NCBI GenBank assembly: GCA_963709345.1 | Contig: CAVPVX010000011.1 | Coordinates: forward strand, 32,001-96,000 | Origin: an uncultured Actinomycetes bacterium | GTDB lineage: Bacteria > Actinomycetota > Thermoleophilia > UBA2241 | Length of the DNA: 64,000 nt | Direction of reading: 5' to 3' | Shown here: in pieces, positions 29,863 through 46,459 of the stretch | Layout of the letters: each line of letters opens with the position of its first letter | Position numbering within the stretch: the stretch's first letter is position 1 | The notes under the pieces: generated by a model | Databases searched by the model: none | What the model was told of the DNA's origin: nothing | Seen by the model: the letters and a program-made list of their open reading frames with translations, nothing else | Translations under genes and position numbers: made by a program

Positions 29863-30948
29863 ATGGCCGCCATCGACGACCTCATCACCGAGATCGAACG
29901 CTCCTACGAGGAGCTCAACACCCATCTCGCCGACCCTGCGGTGATCGGCGACCGCGGGCGCTACGCCGACGTCGCCCGCGCACATGCCGAGCTGCAACCG
30001 GTCCACGAGCTCACCGTGACGTATCGGGATGTCGAGCGCACGGTCGCCGACGCCGAGGTCCTGCTCGGCGACGACTCGTCCGACGCCGAGATGCGCGAAT
30101 TCGCTCAGGAGGAGCTTCTCGAGGGGCGCCGCCGGATCGACGAGCTCAGCGAGGAGATCCGCGTGCGCATGCTCACGCGCGACCCCAACGACGCCAAGGA
30201 CGTGATCATCGAGATCCGCGCCGGCACCGGTGGTATCGAGGCGTGCATCTTCGCCGGCGAGCTGGCGCGCATGTACACGCGGTACGCCCAGGCCAAGAGC
30301 TTCGAGGTCGAGATCATGTCGGCCGACGAGAACGACGACGGCGGCTTCAAAGACGTGACGCTCGAGGTCAAGGGCCAGGGCGCCTACTCCGCGCTCAAGT
30401 ACGAGGGCGGCGTCCACCGCGTGCAGCGCGTGCCGGTGACCGAGGCCGCCGGGCGCATCCACACCTCGACCGCGACCGTGGCTGTGCTGCCCGAGGCCAA
30501 GGACATCGAGGTCGACATCCAGCCGAACGACCTGCGCATCGAGATCTTTCGCGCCCGCGGGCCCGGCGGTCAGAGCGTCAACACGACCGACTCGGCGGTG
30601 CGCATCACGCACGTGCCCAGCGGCGTGTCGGTGAGCTGCCAGGACGAGAAGAGCCAGCTGCAGAACAAGGACAAGGCGATGCGGATCCTGCGCGCCCGGC
30701 TCTTCGATCTGGAGCAGGCCCGGCAGGACGAGGAGCGCGGTGCGGCGCGGCGCAGCATGGTCGGCAGCGGCGACCGCTCGCAGAAGATCCGCACCTACAA
30801 CTTCCAGCAGAACCGGGTCAGCGACCACCGCATCGGGCTCACCAGCCACCGCATCGCCGAGGTGATGGAGGGCGACCTCGACGAGTTCACCGAGGCGCTC
30901 GCCGCCGAGGACCGGCGCAAGCAGCTGGCGGCGGCCGGCGGCGGCTGA
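29863..30948 (+). CDS. prfA: Peptide chain release factor 1
   Basis: [13 protein letters not shown] (PxT), [19 protein letters not shown]. Confidence 0.96.
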   Translation: MAAIDDLITEIERSYEELNTHLADPAVIGDRGRYADVARAHAELQPVHELTVTYRDVERTVADAEVLLGDDSSDAEMREFAQEELLEGRRRIDELSEEIRVRMLTRDPNDAKDVIIEIRAGTGGIEACIFAGELARMYTRYAQAKSFEVEIMSADENDDGGFKDVTLEVKGQGAYSALKYEGGVHRVQRVPVTEAAGRIHTSTATVAVLPEAKDIEVDIQPNDLRIEIFRARGPGGQSVNTTDSAVRITHVPSGVSVSCQDEKSQLQNKDKAMRILRARLFDLEQARQDEERGAARRSMVGSGDRSQKIRTYNFQQNRVSDHRIGLTSHRIAEVMEGDLDEFTEALAAEDRRKQLAAAGGG

Positions 30949-30950
30949 AC

Positions 30951-31860
30951 GTGAGCGAGCCGCGGAGCGTGGGTGACGCTCTCCGCGCGGCCGCGCGGCG
31001 GCTGCGCGCGAGCGGTTCGCGTTCGCCGCGCCTCGACGCCGAGCTCCTGCTTGCCGCGGCGATCGGCGTGTCCCGCTCGGAGCTGTTCCGCAGGCCGGAG
31101 CGTCTGCTGACCACGGCCGAAGCGGAGCGCTTCGAGGTGTGCCTGCGACGCCGCGAGGCGTTCGAACCGGTCGCGTACATCCGCGGCGTGCGCGCTTTTC
31201 GCGCCGTCGAGCTCGAGGTCACGCCCGACGTGCTGATCCCGCGCCCCGAGACAGAGACGCTCGTGGAGGTAGCGCTCGAGGTGCTCGCGGAGGAGCCGGC
31301 GGCACGTGACGACCTCGTCGTCCTGCCCGAGCCTCGCGTCCTGGACGTCGGCACGGGCTCCGGCTGTGTCGCTCTGGCGCTGGCCGCCGAGAACCCCTTC
31401 GTCCACGTCGACGCCGGCGACGTCAGCGAGGCGGCTCTCGCGGTGGCGCGGCGCAATGCCGAGCGCCTCGGCCTCGAGCGCCGCGTCGACTTCCTGCCGT
31501 CTGACCTGTTCGCCGGCCTGCCGGAGGGACGGCGCTACGACCTCATCGTCAGCAACCCGCCGTACATCGCCGAGGCCGAGTACGCGGAGCTCGAGCCGAA
31601 CGTCCGTGACTACGAGCCGCGGCTCGCGCTCGTCGCCGGCGCAGACGGGCTTGACGTCTACCGGCGACTGGTCGCGCAGGCCGCCGGGTGGCTGCGCCGC
31701 GGCGGCACGCTCGCCGTCGAGGTCGGGATCGGCCAGGCTGCCGCCGTGCGGGAGTTCCTGACGGCGGCCGGCTCGGTACGGACCCGCCCGCGAACGGACC
31801 GACCTGAGCGGCGTGCCCCGGGTCGTCTGGGCGCGCCGGCGCGACGGCGGCGGATTCTGA
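30951..31860 (+). CDS. prmC: Release factor glutamine methyltransferase, apparent frameshift near 31780-31800
   Basis: EPVAYI, VLIPRPETE, DVGTGSG, SNPPY; expected C-terminus DLSGVPRVV...TGA(31860) lies in another frame. Confidence 0.88.
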
Positions 31861-32600
31861 TGGCGCGGGTCGAGAAGGCCCGGGCCGTCGTGTTGAGCTC
31901 GCGTCCGCTGGGAGAGGCCGACCGCATCGTACGCCTCTTCACGCGCGAGCTCGGGCGGGTCGACGCCGTCGTCAAGGGCGTGCGCAAGACGACGTCGCGC
32001 TGGGGTGGCCGCCTCGAGCCCTTCAACGTGTGCGACCTGCTGCTGCACCCGGGCCGGTCGCTGTACACGGTCACGCAAGCCCAGCTCGTCGACGTCTTCT
32101 CGCGTCTGCGCGACGATCGCGAGGCGCTGACGGCGGCGGCGGTGGTCTGCGAGGCCGCCGCCGGTCTCACTCCGGAGCACGAACCCGAGGAGCGCGTGTT
32201 CGCACTGCTGCGCAACACGTTGCGGGAGCTCGACCGCGGCCTGTGCGGCCCGGCCACCCAGGCGCCTCTCGTGCTCGGCGCGCTGCTCAAGCTGCTGTAC
32301 GAGGCCGGCTACCTGCCCGTGCTGGACCAGTGCGCCGCCTGCGGCGCCGGGGACAGAGCGCTTGGCTTCTCCTCCGCCAGGGGAGGGCTCGTGTGCGGCC
32401 GGTGCCTCGGCGACGCTCTGCCGATCACCCCGGAGGCCGTCGCCGTCCTTCGCTCGGCCGTCGGGGGGTCGCTCGCCGAGCTGCGCGCGGAGCCTCCGTC
32501 GGAGGCCGCCGCCGAGGCTCTGCGCGATGTGCACGCCCTCTACGCGTACCACACGGGCTCGCAGCTGCGGGCGCTGCGTTTCGCGGGCAGAGCCGGCTGA
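31860..32600 (+). CDS. recO: DNA repair protein RecO
   Basis: LGEADRIV, KGVRK, LEPF, CAAC...GGLVCGRC zinc finger. Confidence 0.92.
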   Translation: MARVEKARAVVLSSRPLGEADRIVRLFTRELGRVDAVVKGVRKTTSRWGGRLEPFNVCDLLLHPGRSLYTVTQAQLVDVFSRLRDDREALTAAAVVCEAAAGLTPEHEPEERVFALLRNTLRELDRGLCGPATQAPLVLGALLKLLYEAGYLPVLDQCAACGAGDRALGFSSARGGLVCGRCLGDALPITPEAVAVLRSAVGGSLAELRAEPPSEAAAEALRDVHALYAYHTGSQLRALRFAGRAG

Positions 32601-32915
32601 GAGGCGGCTGCCCGTCACGCCGCCGCCGCCCATGAGCGGCTCGAGAGGCGCGAGTGAGCCGCCGGCGAACGGGTGCGGTGCTCGCGTCGCCGTCGCGTTC
32701 GTCCCGTCAACGCTCGCGTCGCCGTCGCACGCGCACCCTCACGCCCCAACCGCCTTCCGACGGGTGGTGACCCGGAGTGTACCCACTGCAGACAACGGGT
32801 CCATGGAACATCCGTCGTCACCGGCGCGCGCCCCGCTCCGGCGTCCGCGCGGCGGCCGCCGTTGTCGCGCCGGCGCTCACCCTGCTAGAATCGGCGCTCC
32901 GACTCGAAAGGACAC

Positions 32916-33902
32916 GTGACCGACCACGCCCCGGGTGCAGCCGTCTCACGCGAGCTCCCCACGTTCCAGCAGATCATCGCCCGCTTGCAGGCCTTCTGGG
33001 AACAGCAAGGTTGTGTCGTCGTCCAGCCGTACCACACCGAGGTCGGCGCCGGTACTTTCAACCCCGCCACCTTCCTGCGCTGCCTCGACGCGCGACCCTG
33101 GCGGGCCGCCTACGTGGAGCCTTCCATGCGCCCGACCGACGGGCGCTATGGCGAGAACCCGTACCGCCTCGGCCACTACTACCAGTACCAGGTGGTCATC
33201 AAGCCGTCGCCGCCGGACATCCAGGACGTGTACCTGCGCTCGCTCGAGGCTCTCGGCATCGTCCTCGCCGAACACGACGTGCGCTTCGTCGAGGACAACT
33301 GGGAGGGCCCCACGCTCGGCGCGTGGGGCCAGGGCTGGGAGGTATGGGTCGACGGTATGGAGGCCACGCAGTTCACGTACTTCCAGCAGCTCGGCGGCTT
33401 CGACCTGGATCCGATCACGATCGAGATCACCTACGGTCTTGAACGGCTCGCCATGTATCTGCAGGGCGTCGACAGCGTGTACGACCTCGTGTGGTCGCGC
33501 TGGGACGAGGGCGGGGAAGAGGTCACCGTCACCTACGGCGACGTCTATCGCGAGAACGAGCGGCAGTTCAGCCGCTACAACTTCGAGGTCGCCGACACCG
33601 AGATGCTCTACCGGCACTTCCGCGAGCACGAGGCCGAGGCGCTGCGGTGTATCGAGGCGCGCCTGCCGATCCCGGCGTACGACCACGTGCTCAAGTGCAG
33701 CCACGCCTTCAACATGCTCGACGCCCGCGGCGTCATCAGCGTGACCGACCGCACGATGCACATCGGCCGCGTGCGCGACCTTGCGCGCAAGGTGGCCGGG
33801 CTGTACCTCGAGGTCGTCGCCGACGGTCGCGAGGCTGCGGACGATGCGGCGGCGGAGGCCGGCGGCGAAGCCGCTCCGGCCGGCGGCAGGGCGGACGCTT
33901 GA
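32916..33902 (+). CDS. glyQ: Glycine-tRNA ligase alpha subunit
   Basis: [40 protein letters not shown]. Confidence 0.96.
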   Translation: MTDHAPGAAVSRELPTFQQIIARLQAFWEQQGCVVVQPYHTEVGAGTFNPATFLRCLDARPWRAAYVEPSMRPTDGRYGENPYRLGHYYQYQVVIKPSPPDIQDVYLRSLEALGIVLAEHDVRFVEDNWEGPTLGAWGQGWEVWVDGMEATQFTYFQQLGGFDLDPITIEITYGLERLAMYLQGVDSVYDLVWSRWDEGGEEVTVTYGDVYRENERQFSRYNFEVADTEMLYRHFREHEAEALRCIEARLPIPAYDHVLKCSHAFNMLDARGVISVTDRTMHIGRVRDLARKVAGLYLEVVADGREAADDAAAEAGGEAAPAGGRADA

Positions 33903-36067
33903 GAACCCTGCTGGTCGAGATCGGCTGCGAGGAGCTCCCGTACAAGGTCTGCGAATCGGTGATCCGGCAGCTCGACGACAAGCCGGACACGCCGGGGCTG
34001 GCGCGCGTGCTCCTCGAGGAGGAGCGCCTGCTCGAGGCCGGCGCCACGGTCCGCGCCCTCGTCTCGCCGCGGCGCATCGCCGTGCTCGTCGAGGGCGTCC
34101 CCGAGCGGCAGACCGCGAAGACCGACGACTACCGCGGCCCCAAGGCCGAGTTCGCCTACGACGCCGACGGCGGCCTGACCAGGGCCGGGCTGGGGTTCGC
34201 GCGTTCGCGCGGCGCCCAGCCCGAAGACGTGCGCCGTGAGGTCGTCGACGGCACGGAGTTCGCCGTCGTCCGCGTCGAGTCGGAGCGACGGGCGGCCGGC
34301 GAGGTCCTCCCGGGGGTCGTCTCACGGCTCGTGACGGGCCTGCAGATCCCGCGCGGCATGCGCTGGGGCGCGCGGCCGGTCGACGAGGCCGACCACCTGC
34401 GCTTCTCGCGGCCCATCCGCTGGCTTGTGTGCAAGCTCGGCGACGCCACACTGAGCGGGGAGTTCTACGGCCTCCCGCTCGGCGACGCCTCCCGCGGGCA
34501 CCGCGTGCTCGGCGGCCCGGTCGCCGTGACGACCGCCGACCGCTACGAGGAGCTGCTCGCCGCGCAGAAGGTCATCGTCTCGCAGGCCGAGCGCCGACGT
34601 CTCATCGTCGAAGGGCTCGACGCCGGCGCTGCGGAGTCGGGCGGCGAGTGGTCCGATCCCGGCGGGGTGCTCCCGGAGACCGTCTATCTTGCCGAGTGGC
34701 CGAGCGTCGCGCGCGGCGGGTTCGCCGAGCGGCACCTGCGTCTGCCCGTCGAGGTGCTGGTCACGGCCATGCAGAGCCACCAGCGCTACTTCCCGGTGCG
34801 CGACGCCGGCGGCAAGCTGCTGCCCGCCTTCCTCTACGTCTCCAATGGCGACCCGGCCGCGGCGGAACTGGTCACCCGCGGCAACGAGCGCGTGCTCGAC
34901 GGCCGCCTCGACGACGCCGAGTTCGCCTACGACCGCGACATCGCCGAGGGCCTCGACACCATGGCCGACAGGCTGGGCAGCGTCGTGTTCCACGAGAAGC
35001 TCGGTTCGCTGGCCGACAAGGCGCAGCGGCTTGGAGGCCTCGTCGCGGGCCTTGCCGCCGCGCCCGGCGTGTCCACGGCCGCCGGCGACAACGGCTCGGC
35101 GGCGCCCCTCGGCGAGGCGGTCCGGCTCGCCGCCCGCCTCGCCAAGGCGGATCTGGTGAGCCAGGTCGTCATCGAGTTCCCCGTCCTGCAGGGCGTCATG
35201 GGTGGTCTGTACGCGGAGGCCGGCGGCCTCGGCGCGGGGGTCGCCCGGGCCGTGGGCGAGCACTACCGGCCGCTGTCCGCGACGGCGCCGCTTCCGGACA
35301 CCGTCGCCGGCGCGCTGCTGGCGACCGCCGACAAAGCCGACAATATCGTCGGCGCCTGGGTGGCGGGCCAGAAGCCCTCCGGCTCCCGCGACCCTTATGG
35401 GCTTCGCCGGGCCGCGATGGGCATCGTGCGCGTCGCGCTGGAGTACGGCCTGCGCTTCTCCCTCACGGGTCTGCTGACGTCCGCCGTCGACCAGTTCGAG
35501 CTCCAGGGCATCGAAGGCCTCGACGACACGCGCCGCGCGGCGATCGTCGCCGAGACGGCTGCGTTCGTTCGCGAGCGCCTGCAGGCGCTGTTGCTCGACG
35601 AGGGATTGTCCTTCCCGAGTGTGGAGGCGGCGCTGGGCTCGTCGGCCGGCGACCTCCCGGCGCTGGCGGCGCGAGCCCGTACCTTTGCCGCGATGGCCGG
35701 GCGAGACCACTTCGAGGACGCGGTCACCGCCTTCAACCGCTGCGCCGCGCTGGCCGCGAAGGACCCCGAGGCCGGATCGCGCCACGTCGATCCGGCGCTC
35801 TTCGCCGACGATGCCGAGCGGGAGCTCGCGACCGCGTGCGACGCCGCACGCGGTCCGCTGCTCGACGCGCTCGACCACCTCGAGCTGGAGAGCGCCATCG
35901 CCGCCGCCGCCGCCCTGCGGCCGGCAGTCGACCGGTACTTCGACGCCGTCCTCGTCATGGACCCCGACGACGCCGTGCGCGCCAACCGACTGGCGCAGCT
36001 CGCCGCCGTCACCGGCCTGATCGGCCGCATCGGGGAGTTCAGCCGCCTGCCTCTCACGCAGGCGTGA
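33899..36067 (+). CDS. glyS: Glycine-tRNA ligase beta subunit
   Basis: [39 protein letters not shown]; TTG start overlaps the glyQ stop. Confidence 0.93.
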   Translation: MRTLLVEIGCEELPYKVCESVIRQLDDKPDTPGLARVLLEEERLLEAGATVRALVSPRRIAVLVEGVPERQTAKTDDYRGPKAEFAYDADGGLTRAGLGFARSRGAQPEDVRREVVDGTEFAVVRVESERRAAGEVLPGVVSRLVTGLQIPRGMRWGARPVDEADHLRFSRPIRWLVCKLGDATLSGEFYGLPLGDASRGHRVLGGPVAVTTADRYEELLAAQKVIVSQAERRRLIVEGLDAGAAESGGEWSDPGGVLPETVYLAEWPSVARGGFAERHLRLPVEVLVTAMQSHQRYFPVRDAGGKLLPAFLYVSNGDPAAAELVTRGNERVLDGRLDDAEFAYDRDIAEGLDTMADRLGSVVFHEKLGSLADKAQRLGGLVAGLAAAPGVSTAAGDNGSAAPLGEAVRLAARLAKADLVSQVVIEFPVLQGVMGGLYAEAGGLGAGVARAVGEHYRPLSATAPLPDTVAGALLATADKADNIVGAWVAGQKPSGSRDPYGLRRAAMGIVRVALEYGLRFSLTGLLTSAVDQFELQGIEGLDDTRRAAIVAETAAFVRERLQALLLDEGLSFPSVEAALGSSAGDLPALAARARTFAAMAGRDHFEDAVTAFNRCAALAAKDPEAGSRHVDPALFADDAERELATACDAARGPLLDALDHLELESAIAAAAALRPAVDRYFDAVLVMDPDDAVRANRLAQLAAVTGLIGRIGEFSRLPLTQA

Positions 36068-36142
36068 ACCACACCACTTCACAGAGTACGTTCCAGGCGC
36101 CCGCCGCGACACGACGGATCAAGATCCCAGGGGGAGGCACCA

Positions 36143-38866
<2,724 letters not shown>

Positions 38867-38965
38867 CGGGACGCGAAGCACCGACCACCGGCGCCGGCCC
38901 GGGCTTGCCGAAGGGTGGCCCGGGCCGGAGTGCCGCGCCCGCCGGTCGAGGGGGGAGGTCGCTCG

Positions 38966-39523
38966 GTGGCAAGACTCGGACGTGAGATCGTGACGACGCT
39001 CGCCGGCGGGCGCGCGCTGAGCGTGCGTGACGCACGCACGAGGGACGCGCGCGCCGTCACCCGTCTGCTCGACGCGGTCGCCCGCGAGCCGGAGGTCACG
39101 CTGCTGCTGCTCCCCGGCGAGACGAAGGCCGGGGACTGGCGACGTCGCATCGCTGACGCCGCGGAGGCCGCGCGCGGGCTGTTTCTGCTCGCCGAGCTCG
39201 ACGGCGAGATCTCCGGTACTCTGGGCTTGTGGCCGGACGCCCACCCGGCCTCGGCGCACGTCGCCTGGGTCGGCATGTCGGTGGCCGCGGACCGCCGCGG
39301 CGTTGGAATCGGCGGCGCACTGCTCGAGGCGGCGCTCGCCTGGGCGGCCGGCCACGAGTTCACGCGCGCCGCGCTCGGCGTCTTCCCGGACAACCCCCGC
39401 GCGATCGGCTTCTACGAGCGACACGGCTTCGTGCGCGAGGGCCTCCGGCGCGCGCAGTACCGCCGCGGCGACGAGTATCATGACGAAGTGCTCATGGCCC
39501 GAAATCTCACGCCGACCTCCTGA
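38966..39523 (+). CDS. GNAT family N-acetyltransferase
   Basis: GMSV...RRGVGIG, VFPDNPRAIGFYERHGF. Confidence 0.85.
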   Translation: MARLGREIVTTLAGGRALSVRDARTRDARAVTRLLDAVAREPEVTLLLLPGETKAGDWRRRIADAAEAARGLFLLAELDGEISGTLGLWPDAHPASAHVAWVGMSVAADRRGVGIGGALLEAALAWAAGHEFTRAALGVFPDNPRAIGFYERHGFVREGLRRAQYRRGDEYHDEVLMARNLTPTS

Positions 39524-39530
39524 GGTGGCC

Positions 39531-39980
39531 GTGGATCGCCGACACCTCCTCACCATCGCGCCCACGGTGGCCGCCGTCGCGCTGGCCGTGCTGCCCGCCG
39601 TCGTCGTCTTCGGCTTCGGCTGGCTGTCGCCGGCCGGTTCGCCCTCGGCGGGTTCCGTCACCGATCGCGCGCCCGAGGCCTGGGTCCTCTTCGCGCTCTT
39701 CTACCTCATGTGGATGGGCGGGCTCATGGCGCTGCTGATCGTCGCCAACGACCGGCTCGGCCGCCACTGGCGCAGCTGGGACCGCCATCCGCGACCCGAG
39801 AAGAGGCAGCGCCGCCGCCTCGCCGCCGGCATGAGGTACCTCGAGGGTCAGCAACGGGCTCGCGCCGCGGAGGCGCGGGGTGGACGGCCGCGCGCCGCGC
39901 GGGCTCACGACGCGGATCCGCGCGCCGCCTCGTCCACCGGGCCGGACGGCCGGCCTCCGCGCGACGAGGATGACGGCTGA
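39531..39980 (+). CDS. Hypothetical two-TM membrane protein
   Basis: Two hydrophobic segments; TGATG overlap with dnaG. Confidence 0.55.
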   Translation: MDRRHLLTIAPTVAAVALAVLPAVVVFGFGWLSPAGSPSAGSVTDRAPEAWVLFALFYLMWMGGLMALLIVANDRLGRHWRSWDRHPRPEKRQRRRLAAGMRYLEGQQRARAAEARGGRPRAARAHDADPRAASSTGPDGRPPRDEDDG

Positions 39981-41817
39981 TGCCGCGGATCGCCCAATCG
40001 AGCGTCGACCAGGTGGTGGCCACCGCCGACATGGTCGAGGTCGTCGGCCAGTACACCGAGTTGCGCAAGGCCGGCGCCAACTTCAGCGGCCGATGCCCCT
40101 TCCACGACGAGCGCACGCCGTCGTTCTCCGTCAACCCCGGCGAGAAGCTCTACTACTGCTTCGGCTGCGGCGCCGGCGGCAACCTCATCGGCTTCGTCAT
40201 GGCCAAGGAGAGCCTCGACTTCCCGGCCGCCGTCGAGTACCTGGCGGACAAGTACGGCATCCAACTCGAGTACGAGGAGTCCACGGCTCGCGGCGACGCG
40301 GAGCGCCGCCGCCGCGAGCGCCTGCGGGCGCTCCTCGAGCAGGCGACCGCCTACTATGAGCGCGTGTACCACGACGCGCAGGCGGCCGCGCCGGCCCGCG
40401 AGTACCTCGAGCGGCGCGGCCTCGGCGACGAGGTCTGCCGGACCTTCCGCCTGGGCTACAGCTTGCCCGGCTGGGACAAGCTGCGCGATGCTGCGCGCGG
40501 CAAGGGCTTCAGCGAGCAGGACCTGCTCGACGCCGGCCTCGTCATTCCCGGCAAGAGCGGCCGCCCGTACGACCGCTTCCGCGGCCGCATCATGTTCCCC
40601 CTCGCCGACGAGCGCGGGCGCACCCTGGGCTTCGGTGCGCGCACGCTCGGCGACGAGAAGCCCAAGTACCTGAACTCGCCGGAGACGCCCTTGTACCACA
40701 AGAGCGAGGCGCTGTTCGGCCTCGACAAGGCGAAGACGGCGGCCGCCCAGGAGGATCGCGTCTACGTCGTCGAGGGCTACACGGACGTCATGGCTCTCGC
40801 GCAGGCCGGCATCGCCAACGTCGTCGCGAGCATGGGCACGGCCCTGACCGAGCAACAACTCGGCCGTCTGTCGCGCCTGACGAAGAACCTCTACCTGTGC
40901 TTCGATGCCGACGCTGCCGGCATCGGCGCCATGCAGCGTGCCCTCACGCTCGGCCGCCGCATGGAACTGTCGCTGCACGTCGTGCGCATCCCCGACGGCC
41001 TCGACCCGGCCGACTACGTGCTCTCGGGCGCCGGCGGCGACGGTTTCCGCGCGCTTGCCGAGAGCGCCCAATCGCTGCTACAATTTCATGTCCGCTTGGC
41101 GCTCGCTACTCACGACCTCGACAAGCCCGACGGACGGGCTCGCGCAGTGGCGCGACTCAGGGAGGTCCTCTCGGAGGCAGCGACGCCGATGGAGCGCGAC
41201 GACGAGTTGCGATACGTCGCCGATCGCCTGCGACTCTCGGACGAGAGCGTGCGCTACATGCTCGCCGGCAGCGGACGACCCACGAGTGGAGCCGCCGCGA
41301 GTGAGCACGCCGCGCAGGCGGCCGGTCCTGCGCCCCACGCTCTGGGTGGCGTTCACGAGCTCGAGGTCCGTTTTCTGGCGGGGTGCCTGGCGCAGCCGGA
41401 TGCCGGACGCGAGACGCTCGCCGGCGTGGACGAAGGCTTCTTCGCCACTGCCGAGACGCGCGCCGCGTTCCGCCGCGTCAAGCAACGATTGGCGGCCGAA
41501 ACGGCAGGGAATACCCTGCAAACGACGGCTGAGGCCGGCGGTTCGGACGGAGACGGAGACGAGGCGTTCGCGGAGGCCGTCGTGCGTGCCGGACGCGAGC
41601 GCTTCACGGCGGCTGTCGTCGAGGAGTTGTTCCTGCGCCTTCAGGAGGCACAGGTGAGCCGCATCATCGCGCGGCTCAAGGTGGTCATGCGGACTGACGA
41701 GAGTGGGAAGCAGAGCGCGGAGCTTGCGCGCTTCACGGCGGCGCGACGGACGTTGCGGGACGCACTGCGCGCGCTCCCGGTGGACGAAGAGCCCGAGGAA
41801 GGACCAGGACGACACAC

Positions 41818-41821
<4 letters not shown>
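39980..41821 (+). CDS. dnaG: DNA primase
   Basis: [40 protein letters not shown]. Confidence 0.96.
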
Positions 41822-42936
<1,115 letters not shown>

Positions 42937-42968
42937 GAGAATCGGACCAAGGAGCACTGAACAAGTAC

Positions 42969-44087
<1,119 letters not shown>

Positions 44088-44122
44088 GCAGGGGCCGGCG
44101 CCGCCGGCGCTCAGGAGGCGAC

Positions 44123-45572
44123 ATGCAGGAGACGCGGGTGCTGCTCGTGTTCCCCGGCTCGCTGTACGGCGGCCCGTGGGCCGACGGGCCGCGGGTCAAG
44201 CCCGAGCTCGTGCAGCTCTTCACCGAGGTACGCCGGGCCGGCTTCTCCGCCGGCGTGCTCGATCTCGAGACGGAGCTCGGCAACCCGGCTGACGAGGCGG
44301 CGCGGGAGTCCTTTCTCCAGCTGGCCGGCGGATTGCTCGCGGAGCGCCGCGCCGACCTCGTTGTGATCTCGTGCTGGTCCGCCCTGCAGTACACCGCCGC
44401 GGTGGCGGTGGCCGGGCGCGTGCGCGAGCATCACCCCGACGCGGTGATCGCCGTCGAGGGCCACCACGTCTCGGTGCGCCCCGACGACTTCAACGACCCG
44501 GGCGCGCCCTTCGACTGGCTCGTCGCCGGCGAGGCGGAGAGCGCCGTCGTCACGATCGCCCGCGCGGTCGCCGCCGGAGAGCGCGAGACCGGCGCCTGCC
44601 ACTCGCTGGAGGGCACGCTGCTGCCGCTCGACGCCGCGCACCTGCCCGACTACGCGGCGTACCCGTATGCGGACGAGGGGCTACCGGAGCTCGGCCTTTT
44701 CCTCAGCCGCGGCTGCCCTTACAACGCGCCGGCGTGTCTGCTGCGCCCCGGGGGCGGCGGGTGGCACGCCTACCCGCCGGACGTGGCCGTGCGGGCTATT
44801 GCCCGCGTCGCCGCGCTCCGCCCGGCGCGCATCCTCGTCCTGGACCCGGCCTTCGGGTACGAGGCCGGCTGGCGCCGGGCCGTGCTCGAGCGCCTGGCGG
44901 CGGCCGATCGGCGCGACCTCGCGATCGGCATCGCCGGCCGCCCGGACGCGCTGGCGCGCCTCGACGTCGACAAGATCTACGCGGCGCGCCTCGGCCTGCG
45001 GCTCGAGGTGGGGGCGCTCTCGCGCCGCCTGCTCTCGCGAACGGGGCAGGCCCCGAACGCCGAGAAGGCCGTCGCGCACACGCTGGACCTGCTCGAGTAT
45101 CTGAACGCCAAAGGCGTGGTGACCGTCGCAGGGTTCACCTTCAACCAGCCCGGCGAGACGCGTGAGACGGCGGAGGAGACGCTCGACGCTCTTGAGCGCT
45201 TCGTCGCCGGCGTACCGAACACCTCGGTGAGCCTGCAGGCGCAGCCGTGGGCCTTTCTGCCAGCCGGGGAGGAGGACGCCGACGTGGAGGCGCCGGCTTC
45301 GCGGTACGGCACGCGGATCGAGCATGCGGAGTGGTGGAAGGAGCGCCGGGACTCGGTACGCGGCCGCGACGGCCGTGGTCGCCGGCCACGAGCTGGCCGG
45401 TCTGGCGCCCGGCGACGAGAGCTACTGGCGGCCGCGGTTCGAGGAGCTTCGTGAGCGGCTCGCGGCCAAGCTCACAGCCGACGCCCGCCGTGGCCTGCGC
45501 AGTCACGAGACCGTCGGGTCGGAGGCGTACGGGGTGCCGCATGGCTGGCTGCTGGAGCCTCGCTGGCACTGA
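44123..45572 (+). CDS. B12-binding/radical SAM-like protein with degenerate cluster motif; frameshift near 45355
   Basis: [36 protein letters not shown]; C-terminus continues in another frame to 45572. Confidence 0.7.
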
Positions 45573-45627
45573 CCCGTTCGCCTGCTCCGCCGGCGTACCG
45601 CGAGCGTACCGCCCGCCTCGCGCGTGT

Positions 45628-45656
45628 TTGTCCGGCCGTCGCGAATCGCCTATACT
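45628..45656 (+). promoter_or_regulatory. Sigma-70 promoter of tRNA-Asn
   Basis: TTGTCC-N17-TATACT. Confidence 0.65.
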
Positions 45657-45672
45657 CTGCCGGCCGGAGCGG

Positions 45673-45747
<75 letters not shown>

Positions 45748-45757
45748 AGTCATCAGC

Positions 45758-45793
45758 GGGGCGCCGCGGCCTACGGGCCGCGGCGCCCCTTCT
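45758..45793 (+). terminator. Intrinsic terminator after tRNA-Asn
   Basis: GGGGCGCCGCGGCC-TACG-GGCCGCGGCGCCCC-TTCT. Confidence 0.75.
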
Positions 45794-45811
45794 GCCTTGG
45801 GGGTAGAGGGC

Positions 45812-46369
45812 ATGTCGGGCGGTCTCTTTGTTGCGATCCTCGTGCTCCTCGGGATGATGGCCGTGATCTTCGCGGCGGTCGTGCTCCTGACCCGGCGGCT
45901 CGGATCCGGGGCCGAGCGACGCGCCGACGAGCTGCGCGACGAGGTCGAGCGACTCGGCGAGGCGTGGTCGATCCCCCTCGAGGGAGCCACCTACTACGGA
46001 GCCACTCACTCCGGCGCCGGCAACGAAGGCGCCACCCACACCTACAGCCGCGTCAAGGGCAACGGCGTGTTGGGGCTGACCGGGCGGCGAGTCGTGTTCG
46101 CTCCCATCTCCGGTGAGCGACTCAGCGTGCCTCTGGTGCGCGTCTCGGGCGCGCGGCTCAAGGGCTGGCGCCGCAGCGGCGCCGGCGGCCGGCGCCGTCA
46201 CCTGGTGCTCGAGCTCGACGACGGCGGCAAGGTGAGCTTTCTGGTCGGCGACCCGGCGGTGTGGATGCGGCGGCTCGCGGAGGCCGGGGTCGAGGTCCTG
46301 GGATTCGACGCCGCCGCGGACGAGCACGATGGTGCGCCGCCGCGTGAGGAAGTGCCGCCGGGAGGCTGA
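45812..46369 (+). CDS. Hypothetical membrane-anchored protein (possibly PH-like domain)
   Basis: N-terminal TM helix; GNGVLGLTGRRVVF beta-rich region. Confidence 0.65.
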   Translation: MSGGLFVAILVLLGMMAVIFAAVVLLTRRLGSGAERRADELRDEVERLGEAWSIPLEGATYYGATHSGAGNEGATHTYSRVKGNGVLGLTGRRVVFAPISGERLSVPLVRVSGARLKGWRRSGAGGRRRHLVLELDDGGKVSFLVGDPAVWMRRLAEAGVEVLGFDAAADEHDGAPPREEVPPGG

Positions 46370-46459
46370 AGGTCTCTGCGCCGGACCTCGCCTCGGCGAC
46401 ACCTCAAGGGGCAGACGGCGCCGAATGAGACCTCACGCGCCTATGGTACTCTCGGCTCC

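Noticed and set aside
32601-32915. T-box leader before glyQS (GGGTGGTGACCCG)
   Set aside because: Poor match to the T-box consensus, and an extended -10 lies only about 25 nt before the start codon
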